The translations under genes and the position numbers were made by a program. Below, piece after piece: positions 7,436 to 15,130 of a stretch of 20,386 bases of DNA. Each line of letters opens with the position of its first letter. Positions within the stretch are counted from its first letter, which is position 1. The notes under the pieces are model-generated. The model did no database searches, was not told the origin of the DNA, and saw only the letters and a program-made list of their open reading frames with translations. Origin of the DNA: Candidatus Hadarchaeota archaeon (GTDB lineage: Archaea; CAYQAE01; CAYVLA01); NCBI GenBank assembly GCA_964452145.1, contig CAYVLA010000056.1, forward strand, positions 1 through 20,386, read 5' to 3'.

Positions 7436-8965
7436 ACGAGGACCACAAAGAGCCTATGTCCTACCTGCCTGAAGGTGATAGATGCGGAAGTCCTCCCCCA
7501 TGAGGGACGACTCGTCATAAGGAAGTCGTGTCCCGAACACGGCGCCTTCGAGGATACCTACTGGTCGAGCAGCGATCTGCACCGGAGGTTCATGCGGTAT
7601 GAGCGGCAGGGCCCCCGGCTTGACAATCCGCGGACAGCAAGGCAGCAGGGATGCCCCTACGACTGCGGCCTCTGTCCCGACCACGAAACGCCGACCGTGC
7701 TGGCCAACATAGACATCACGAACCGGTGCAACCTCCGGTGCCCCATCTGTTTTGCCAATGCGGCCCAGTCGGGCTACGTTTTCGAGCCCACCATGGATGA
7801 GATCAGGAATATGCTGGTAAACCTGAGGAGCAACCGGCCCTTTCCCTGTCCTGCCGTGCAGTTTTCAGGAGGCGAGCCCACGGTTCGCGACGATTTCCTC
7901 GAGATCATCACCCTTGCGAGGGAGGTCGGGTTTCCCCAGGTTCAGGTTGCCACCAATGGGGTCCGGCTGGCGACCGATCCGGCGTATGCGGCAGCCCTGA
8001 AGGCGGCCGGGCTTTCCACGGTCTACCTGCAGTTTGACGGTGTGGAGGAGAGGCCCTACATGGTGGCCCGGGGTTACAACGCCTTGCCCCAGAAGATCCG
8101 GGCAGTCGAGAACTGTGAGAGAGCCCGCCTCGGCATCGTGCTGGTGCCCACCTTGGTCAGGAATTTGAACGATGACCAACTGGGAGGCATGATCGATTTC
8201 GCCATTCAACACGGAACGATCATCCGGGCGATAAACATCCAGCCCGAGAGCTTCACCGGCAGAACCGATTTGAAGGATCTTGCCAGTCAGAGGATAACGA
8301 TCCCCGACGTGCTGAAGAAGATCGAGGAGCAGACCGCCGGCGAGATCGGCGTGGACGATTTCTATCCGGTGCCCTTCGTGGTGCCGATATCCGAGTTCGT
8401 CTCGGCTTGGAGCCAGAAGCATCAGGTCGGGTTCACCTGCCATCCGGCTTGCGGTGCAGCGACCTACATCTTCCTGACGGACGGGCACAAGCTACCCATC
8501 ACCCGCTTCGTTGATGTTGAGGGGTTTTTCGAGTACCTCAACGATCTGTCGGGGAAGCTGAGACAACACCCGGGGAGGCTGACCAAGTCCCGAACAGTCA
8601 TCGACATGGCGAGATCCTTCGGCAGGTTCGTCGACGATGACAAGAAGCCCCGCGATCTCAATGTGAGGAATCTGATGATGGGCATTCTGGGTTCGGGCAC
8701 CTACAGCTCATTGGGCGAGTTTCACAGCAGGACGCTGATGGTCGGCATAATGCATTTCATGGACCCACACAACTTCGATGTCGAGCGGGTGCGCAAGTGC
8801 GCCATCCACTACGCCATACCCGATGGCAGAATCATACCCTTCTGTTCGTATAACTCGGTTCACAGATCGGCGGTGGAGGGCAAGTTGGGCGTTCCGATCG
8901 GGGAGTGGCAGCCCGGGAAGGGCAAGGAGCGGGAAGTGCTCACGGCTGGGGTTTCTCCGAGCTGA
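7436..8965 (+). CDS. tes: Tetraether lipid synthase (GDGT-MAS/Tes, radical SAM)
   Basis: N-terminal SLCPTC...CPEHG metal site, GCPYDCGLCPDH auxiliary cluster, radical-SAM CNLRCPIC, QFSGGEPT, YLQFDG, CHPACG, MHFMD, CAIHY...IIPFC; closely resembles MJ0619-type Tes. Start placed at ACG 7436 by inference; the first canonical in-frame start is GTG 7475. Confidence 0.9.
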   Translation, partial: TRTTKSLCPTCLKVIDAEVLPHEGRLVIRKSCPEHGAFEDTYWSSSDLHRRFMRYERQGPRLDNPRTARQQGCPYDCGLCPDHETPTVLANIDITNRCNLRCPICFANAAQSGYVFEPTMDEIRNMLVNLRSNRPFPCPAVQFSGGEPTVRDDFLEIITLAREVGFPQVQVATNGVRLATDPAYAAALKAAGLSTVYLQFDGVEERPYMVARGYNALPQKIRAVENCERARLGIVLVPTLVRNLNDDQLGGMIDFAIQHGTIIRAINIQPESFTGRTDLKDLASQRITIPDVLKKIEEQTAGEIGVDDFYPVPFVVPISEFVSAWSQKHQVGFTCHPACGAATYIFLTDGHKLPITRFVDVEGFFEYLNDLSGKLRQHPGRLTKSRTVIDMARSFGRFVDDDKKPRDLNVRNLMMGILGSGTYSSLGEFHSRTLMVGIMHFMDPHNFDVERVRKCAIHYAIPDGRIIPFCSYNSVHRSAVEGKLGVPIGEWQPGKGKEREVLTAGVSPS

Positions 8966-10238
8966 CCTCTCTGCGGTAATGATCTACGAGCTCCTCCAGT
9001 CCTGAGGTCGCTCTCTCCAGGGCCTCCCTGGCAAGCCTCTTTCTCTCCCTTGAGAGCACCCTGTCCAACATGGCCCTCTCCCCCAAGGCCGTGTCGTCAA
9101 GGACGACGATGTTCAGCTTTCCGCAGGGGATGACCGGTATGCCACGGGACTGAATGCTCTGTCGGGCCTGCGGTGGCATCTCGCCCTGCACGAGGACCGC
9201 CTCAATCCCCATCTCGGCCAGCGCGGTGGCAACCGAGCTTCCCGTTCCAGAGGGGTCCTTGACGAGGACGAACCGGAAGGCCTCCTTCTGGGCTAGGTTG
9301 CCCACCCCCGCAACCGTCTCCTTCGCCAGATCCCCCAAGGCCGGGAAGAACTCCAGCCTTTCAAGGACCCTCCACGCCCGTGACCCGGACAGGGAGTCCA
9401 GCTTCTCCCTCAACCTTGCCCTATCCGCGGCCACCCTTGAGAGGCTCTTGCCCAGCTCGGTTATTATCTGGTTTCGGGACTTCATCTCCCTGTCCTTGAG
9501 CACGTTCCAGAACTCCTCGGAACGCATCCTCTCCAGCTCGTTTCCCAGCGACCCTATCTTAAGCTCCCTTTCCCCGAGCTTGGTCCTCAACTCGAGGATC
9601 TCCCTTCGCATGTTCCTTATCATGGAGCTTTCGATCCTCCGGGTTGACGCCAGGCCTGATTCGGGAGTCGCGGTCCGGGGCTTCGGCACTTGCAGTTGCG
9701 GCTTTGGGACTCGTGGGCGTGGACCTGCCTCAGCCGGCTTCATCGCCTCATTGATCGAGTCACTCAGGTTCTTTCCCGATATCACCATGCTCTTGACCTT
9801 TTCCGAGAGATCGGAAAGCCCCCGCTCGTTCAGCTTCTTGTCGATCCACCTGAACTTATCCCCGTAGCTTTCCAGCGCCTTGGCTGCTGCTGCGAATGCA
9901 TCCTTCTCGTGGGAGTTCCTGAAGTAGACATCGACGAGGTACCTCTCCGAGAAGGCGCTGGTTATCTCCCTCTTCTCGTCTATGGTTAGGGAGTGAGTCG
10001 GCTCGTAGAGAGTCGCTTCAAACAGGCGGCACACCTTGTCCACGAAGGCGGGAACCGGGTGGACATCGGCCGCCACGACCAGGGGATGTCCATGGCCGAT
10101 GATGATGTGGATGATGTCCTTCAGATTATAGGTTCTGGAGCTGTAGACTCCGAACACGCTTCCGTCGAGGCCCAGCACCGCCACTCCTGTCGTTGTGCCC
10201 GGATCTATCCCGACGATGAGGTATCTCTTCTCTGCCAA
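8940..10238 (-). CDS. DUF460 family protein (RNase H-like N-terminus plus coiled coil)
   Basis: YLIVGIDPGTTTGVAVL, VVAADVHP, NSHEKDA motifs, followed by a long coiled-coil. Start uncertain: TTG 10238 chosen, GTG 10280 possible. Confidence 0.8.
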   Translation of the reverse strand: MAEKRYLIVGIDPGTTTGVAVLGLDGSVFGVYSSRTYNLKDIIHIIIGHGHPLVVAADVHPVPAFVDKVCRLFEATLYEPTHSLTIDEKREITSAFSERYLVDVYFRNSHEKDAFAAAAKALESYGDKFRWIDKKLNERGLSDLSEKVKSMVISGKNLSDSINEAMKPAEAGPRPRVPKPQLQVPKPRTATPESGLASTRRIESSMIRNMRREILELRTKLGERELKIGSLGNELERMRSEEFWNVLKDREMKSRNQIITELGKSLSRVAADRARLREKLDSLSGSRAWRVLERLEFFPALGDLAKETVAGVGNLAQKEAFRFVLVKDPSGTGSSVATALAEMGIEAVLVQGEMPPQARQSIQSRGIPVIPCGKLNIVVLDDTALGERAMLDRVLSRERKRLAREALERATSGLEELVDHYRREVSSEKPQP

Positions 10239-10272
10239 TGAACGCTGCCCCGATCTTCCTTGGGCTCCTACC

Positions 10273-11229
10273 CTAGCCACTCCTATGGGATCGGGGTTTA
10301 TCACTTTTTTGCCGGCCGAGGGCCCCGCCGGGGGGATGGCGAAGGGAGCCCCGGCCCCCAAGCCTGCCGAGGCCTTCCACCAGGTTCCGCAATTCCCCGG
10401 AAGGGCGGAGGGCGTATCTCTTCTGGAAGAAGTTCAGAAGGTTGGCCAGATCCCGTCCCATGATCTCCCCGGCCTGGGGATGGGTTGATTCCACCCACTG
10501 AGGCCAGTCGATGATGACATGGGTGTCGCCCTCTGTGAGGACGTTGAATTCGCTTAGGTCCCCGTGTATGACACCCATGGAGCGAGCTTCGGTGACATCG
10601 CGTAGGATGGACTCAAGCATGGCCTGAGGATCGTTGACTTCCAGGTCCGACAGGCGAAGACCATCAAACCTGGACATCAGGACTGCGTTCCTGTTCTGGT
10701 CAAGGGGTTCCGGCACCTTCACACAACGGCTCAGGCGACGCATGGCCTGAAACTCCCTCTCCGCTGCCAAGCGGGCAGCGTAGATCCATGAGAAGTGGCG
10801 TCTGGGGCCCAGGTAACCCCTGAGCCTGGACGTCTGGTGAAAGGACGTCATCCCCAGGCGGTGGAGCTTCAGAACGACCTGGCGGCCGCCTTCGCCTAAC
10901 GCTTCGTAAACCTCGGATTCCTTCCCGACTGCTAACAGGTCCCCGATGCTGTCCAACCTACCTCTCCGCACCAATGCCCTGAGAGCGAGGAAGTCGTAGC
11001 CTCTGGGGAAGATGCGGTACCCCTTGTACGGCCTGCCAACGGATTGTATCATGCGCAGCGAGTCCAAGCGTTTCAGCCGGTAGTCAAGATCGGGTAGATC
11101 GAGTCTTGCGAAGGCAAGCAGCTCGTCTTTTGGAACGAACTGCCGCTTCCTCTGACCGGCCTCTATCGCCGCGAGGACCCTGAAGTCATCCTCCTGAAGA
11201 TCCCTGAAGGCGCTGAAGGCTCGCTTCAT
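10273..11229 (-). CDS. rio2: RIO2-type serine/threonine kinase
   Basis: N-terminal winged-helix region (DFRVLAAIE...GYDFLAL), VGKESEVY, LKLHRLG, IHGDLSEFN, IIDWPQ. Confidence 0.93.
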   Translation of the reverse strand: MKRAFSAFRDLQEDDFRVLAAIEAGQRKRQFVPKDELLAFARLDLPDLDYRLKRLDSLRMIQSVGRPYKGYRIFPRGYDFLALRALVRRGRLDSIGDLLAVGKESEVYEALGEGGRQVVLKLHRLGMTSFHQTSRLRGYLGPRRHFSWIYAARLAAEREFQAMRRLSRCVKVPEPLDQNRNAVLMSRFDGLRLSDLEVNDPQAMLESILRDVTEARSMGVIHGDLSEFNVLTEGDTHVIIDWPQWVESTHPQAGEIMGRDLANLLNFFQKRYALRPSGELRNLVEGLGRLGGRGSLRHPPGGALGRQKSDKPRSHRSG

Positions 11230-11252
11230 CTACGGCCTCGGAGGGCGGCGGA

Positions 11253-12122
11253 TTAGTAGATCTTTCCGATGCTCTGGCCCCGCTCCATCTCGCGCAGCCT
11301 GCGAATCCTTTCCTCGGTGGGCGGATGGGTGGAGAAAAGGTTGATGATGGAATCCCCCCGGAAGGGGTTGACGATGAAGAGGTGGCTCGTCGCCGGGTTG
11401 CCGCCTCTGATCGGCCTTCTTCGGACGAATCCCTCTATCCGGGAGAGTGCGTCTGCGAGGGCCCCCGGGCTTCCGGAGAAGGAGCTTCCTCCCCGATCGG
11501 CTAGGTACTCGCGTCCCCTCGAGATTGCCAGACGTATTATCAGGGCGGCAAGCGGTATCAACACCGCAACCAAGATCAAGGCGAGCAGGTTCCCTCCGCC
11601 CCGGTTTCTCCGGTTTCCTCCCATAAGGAGGCTCCATCGAGCCCAGAACGCGACGTAGCCGATGGCTCCGGCAATCGCTGCGGCGAGGACCATGATGAGG
11701 GTGTCCCTGTTCTTTATGTGGCTGATCTCGTGGCCCAGCACTCCCTCCAGCTCCCTTTCGGAAAGGAGATCCATGGCACCGCTGGTGATGGCAACGGCTG
11801 CCGAAGAGGGGCCTCTTCCGGTCGCAAAGGCGTTGGGGACCTCGCTGTTGATTATTGCCACCTTGGGCTTGGGAATGCCAGCCCTCTCTGCAAGCTGGGC
11901 CACCGTGTTCTGAAGGTGTATGTTCTCGCCCTCGTCCAGCACCTTGGCTCGGTACATCTTCAGCACGATCCTATCGCTGAACCAGTAGGTGCCAAGGTTG
12001 ACCAGAAGGGCCAGAACTAGGAATGCCAGTATGATGCTGGGGTCGCCGCCCCCGATCAGGAAGCCCACCAGCATGAGCAATCCTACAAGAAAACCCATGA
12101 GCAAGGTGCTTCGAAGATCCAT
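11253..12122 (-). CDS. htpX: Zinc metalloprotease HtpX (M48)
   Basis: PNAFATGR, HEISH (HExxH), SRGREYLAD, LFSTHPP and transmembrane segments. Confidence 0.96.
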   Translation of the reverse strand: MDLRSTLLMGFLVGLLMLVGFLIGGGDPSIILAFLVLALLVNLGTYWFSDRIVLKMYRAKVLDEGENIHLQNTVAQLAERAGIPKPKVAIINSEVPNAFATGRGPSSAAVAITSGAMDLLSERELEGVLGHEISHIKNRDTLIMVLAAAIAGAIGYVAFWARWSLLMGGNRRNRGGGNLLALILVAVLIPLAALIIRLAISRGREYLADRGGSSFSGSPGALADALSRIEGFVRRRPIRGGNPATSHLFIVNPFRGDSIINLFSTHPPTEERIRRLREMERGQSIGKIY

Positions 12123-12133
12123 CCCCTATCGAT

Positions 12134-12715
12134 CTATATCGTCCTTCTTTCCTTTAAAATGTGTTCAAGAAGCCAGTCCCTTGCCTCCGGAGGGTATCTT
12201 GCCCCCGATTCATGCACGCTGATAACCATGTTCACGGCCTCCTCGGGGGACATGTTCGTCGTGTCTATCTCGCTGACCTTGGGGCCGTGCATCCGAAGCG
12301 CTTCCGAAAGGATGATGTCGAGGGCCTCGGCCTCCACGTTCTCCGAGATCTTCCGGGAGGGCCAGCCCTTGGAGGCCAGACGCCTCTCGAGCACCGATGG
12401 CCTGGTCCTCAGAACGATTACTGAGGTCGGCTCGGTGAGATTGTGGGAGAGGTGCCCGACGAGGATCAGGTTAACCTCGCCACCGAGGAAGGCGTCCAAA
12501 GCGTGTGCCAGTTGCGATTCGTCGATGACCAGGGTCTCCCCGTTCTCGATGTAGGAGTAGATCCCGCGGATTCTGCAAAACGTCTCGATCTCTAGCACGT
12601 TCAGGCCTTGATCCTGAAGCATCCTGGCCAGTGTGGACTTGCCCGTGCCAGGGGTGCCCGTCAGACAGGTTATCCGCCTTTCCCGGCCGTTTGGTTTCAA
12701 CCCGGCCCTTGCCAT
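12134..12715 (-). CDS. AK6/Fap7-type adenylate (NMP) kinase
   Basis: Walker A GTPGTGKS, GHLSH motif, VIVLRT, KISENVEAE, EIDTT. ATG 12715 is about 30 nt below the TATA box; the track extension to 12904 overlaps lonB and is spurious. Confidence 0.88.
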   Translation of the reverse strand: MARAGLKPNGRERRITCLTGTPGTGKSTLARMLQDQGLNVLEIETFCRIRGIYSYIENGETLVIDESQLAHALDAFLGGEVNLILVGHLSHNLTEPTSVIVLRTRPSVLERRLASKGWPSRKISENVEAEALDIILSEALRMHGPKVSEIDTTNMSPEEAVNMVISVHESGARYPPEARDWLLEHILKERRTI

Positions 12716-12746
12716 CTCCAAGCTGGGGGAAGTATTCGATAAAGCA

Positions 12747-12755
12747 TTTATATAA
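12747..12755. promoter_or_regulatory. Shared divergent TATA box (AK6 operon / lonB)
   Basis: TTTATATAA in the roughly 110-nt divergent gap. Confidence 0.6.
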
Positions 12756-12824
12756 TCTTTCAGGGCCAGTTCTGGCAGCGAATTCGAGCCGATACGATTT
12801 CTTCTATCTCCCTGCAGGTGTGAG

Positions 12825-14768
12825 TTGTTGACGAGAGTGAGGGATACTGCAGCTCCAGAGAACAAGCCCCGGGCTACAGAATCTCGGAAGGGATCAGGAT
12901 CCACCGCTGAGAAGGACTATCTGCAAGCGGAATCCACTGCCGAGATACAGATCCCGGAGAAGCTGGTCGATCAGGTCATAGGGCAGGAGGGGGGGGTGGA
13001 GGTCATAAGGACCGCTGCCAAACAGAAACGCAACGTACTTCTGATAGGCGACCCCGGAACCGGCAAGTCCATGCTGGGCCGGGCGATGGCCGAACTCCTT
13101 CCCGCCGAGGAATTGGAGGACGTTGTCGTATTTCCCAACCCGGATGACGAGAACAACCCTAGGGTCAGGGTGTTCCCGGCCTCGGAGGGCAAGAGGCTTG
13201 TCTCGGGCTACAAGGAGAAGGCCAAGAAGGACGCCGAACTGAAGAACATGATAGTCCTGATCGTGATCATAATAATAGTCGCGGTGTCGATAGTGCAGGG
13301 AGCCTTTCTCCCCGGCATAATCGCCGCCGTTCTGATCCTGATTCTGGCGCAGAGCATAAGGCGCAAGGAGGCCCTGGTCCCCAAGCTCCTTGTGGACAAC
13401 GAAGGCAAGAAGTCGGCGCCTTTCGTGGACGCCACAGGCGCCCATGCAGGGGCCTTGCTGGGGGACGTCAGGCATGATCCATTTCAGAGCGGTGGCCTCG
13501 GAACGCCCCCCCACGAGAGGGTGGAGTGCGGGATGATCCACAAGGCCAACAAGGGCGTGCTTTTCGTCGACGAGGTCGGCACCCTGAAGCCGAAAAGCCA
13601 GCAGGAGTTACTCACCTCCATGCAGGAGAAGCGGTTCCAGATAACGGGCCAGAGCGAGCTGTCAAGCGGGGCAATGGTCAGAACGGAGCCGGTTCCCTGC
13701 GACTACGTTCTTGTTGCCGCGGGAAACGTTGAGACGATAAGGCATATGCACCCCGCCCTCAGATCGAGGATAAGGGGCTATGGCTATGAGGTGTACGTGA
13801 GGGACTCCATGAAGATAACCAAGGAAAACACAAACAAGCTCATCCGGTTCATAGCCCAAGAGGTCGCCAACGACAAGAAGATCCCCCACTTCAACCGCAA
13901 GGCGATCAACGAGATCCTTCTCGAGGCCAAGCGCAGATCCAGCAGAAAGGGTCACTACACCCTGATGCTCCGTGACCTGGGGGGGCTGATCCGAGCCGCG
14001 GGGGACATCGCCCTCAAGTCCGGCGCCAAGGAGACCGACGCACGGCATGTGGTCATGGCACGCAAGCTCTCAAGAACCTTGGAGGAGCAGATAGCGGACA
14101 GGTACATAGAGAGCAAGAAGGAGTACGAGGTGGTCAGGACCTCGGGCTCCAAGGTGGGTCAGGTCAACGGCCTGGCCGTGATCGGCAATAGCGGCATAAT
14201 AACGGCCATCGCGGCCGAGGCCACCCGACCTCTCAGCAAGCAGGGGGGCAACATCATCGCCACCGGCAAGCTCGGCAAGATGGCGAAGGAGGCCGTGCAG
14301 AACGTCAGCGCCATCATCAAGAAGTACGCGGATGTGGATCTGAGCCAGTTCGATCTTCACATCCAGTTCCTCCAGGCCTACTCTGGGGTTGAGGGGGACA
14401 GCGCCTCGATATCCGTGGCTACAGCGGTGATCTCGGCCATCGAGGGAATTCCCGTCGATCAGACGGTGGCGATGACTGGCTCCCTTTCGGTGAGAGGAGA
14501 GGTCATGCCCGTGGGAGGCGTCTGCCCCAAGATCGAGGCAGCTGTTGACGCGGGGATTCGAAAAGCCATAATCCCGGCTGCCAACCTGGGCGACGTAACT
14601 CTGGAGAAGTCGAAGGTGAAGAAGATCCAGATAATACCCGTTAGGACCATCGATGAGGTCCTGGCAAATGCACTCACCGGCGAGAAGAAGATGGGACTTG
14701 TGGAGAAGATCACGAAATTCATCCCCGATTTCTCCATCGATGTGCAGCCCAGCCTTTTCCCGAGATGA
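12825..14768 (+). CDS. lonB: Membrane-anchored ATP-dependent protease LonB
   Basis: DQVIGQ, Walker A GDPGTGKS, two TM helices, Walker B LFVDE, catalytic GDSAS serine and GGVCPK lysine. TTG start behind AGGTG. Confidence 0.96.
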   Translation: MLTRVRDTAAPENKPRATESRKGSGSTAEKDYLQAESTAEIQIPEKLVDQVIGQEGGVEVIRTAAKQKRNVLLIGDPGTGKSMLGRAMAELLPAEELEDVVVFPNPDDENNPRVRVFPASEGKRLVSGYKEKAKKDAELKNMIVLIVIIIIVAVSIVQGAFLPGIIAAVLILILAQSIRRKEALVPKLLVDNEGKKSAPFVDATGAHAGALLGDVRHDPFQSGGLGTPPHERVECGMIHKANKGVLFVDEVGTLKPKSQQELLTSMQEKRFQITGQSELSSGAMVRTEPVPCDYVLVAAGNVETIRHMHPALRSRIRGYGYEVYVRDSMKITKENTNKLIRFIAQEVANDKKIPHFNRKAINEILLEAKRRSSRKGHYTLMLRDLGGLIRAAGDIALKSGAKETDARHVVMARKLSRTLEEQIADRYIESKKEYEVVRTSGSKVGQVNGLAVIGNSGIITAIAAEATRPLSKQGGNIIATGKLGKMAKEAVQNVSAIIKKYADVDLSQFDLHIQFLQAYSGVEGDSASISVATAVISAIEGIPVDQTVAMTGSLSVRGEVMPVGGVCPKIEAAVDAGIRKAIIPAANLGDVTLEKSKVKKIQIIPVRTIDEVLANALTGEKKMGLVEKITKFIPDFSIDVQPSLFPR

Positions 14769-14779
14769 GAAAGGGGCGG

Positions 14780-15073
14780 AACCGCGGCTTTGCTTGGATG
14801 AACCCGCACATGTTACACTGGGCAGAGGACTTCTCAATGCTCATTCTGTGTAACCACGGCGCTACGGTCCGCATGGTGTGCCGAAGGACTGGGTTGACTT
14901 CCTGAGGCTTCTTCTTCATAGGGGAAAGAGAGGACTCAACCAGTATCCCGAAGCCTTTGTTCCAGTTTATGCGAATCGATGATCCATCCCGATATGCATC
15001 TCCTGGTTGAATGCCGCCGAAGCAGGAGGGCCGAAGAGTGCAACATATGTCCCTTTGCTCAAACCGCGGCTTT
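14780..15073 (+). repeat. 12-bp direct repeat pair AACCGCGGCTTT flanking a 270-bp intergenic segment
   Basis: Identical copies at 14780-14791 and 15062-15073. Confidence 0.8.
14790..15060 (-). ncRNA. Putative structured non-coding RNA of unknown family
   Basis: 13-bp closing helix 15049-15037 with 14819-14807, 10-bp helix 15012-15003 with 14943-14934, cUUCGg hairpin 15025-15014, 6-bp helix 14877-14872 with 14858-14853. All five non-Watson-Crick positions are G-U only on the minus strand. TATA at 15088-15081. Ends are approximate. Confidence 0.45.
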
Positions 15074-15080
15074 ACGAGAC

Positions 15081-15088
15081 ATTTATAA
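15081..15088. promoter_or_regulatory. TATA box (bidirectional candidate)
   Basis: ATTTATAA on plus (about 45 nt before ATG 15131) and TTATAAAT on minus (about 30 nt before the structured element). Confidence 0.55.
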
Positions 15089-15130
15089 GAATTCTGCCGG
15101 TTTCCTTCACCTCGCCCGGAGGTAGTCCGA

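Noticed and set aside
14790..15060. Identification of the structured element as RNase P RNA, SRP RNA or tmRNA
   Set aside because: AGGAAGUC and ACAGAA resemble RNase P CR-I and CR-V but are only about 55 nt apart and give no convincing P4 pairing. There is no SRP helix-8 motif (CAGG...GGAA...AGCA). The plus-strand GGGGCG start has no tRNA-like 3' end.
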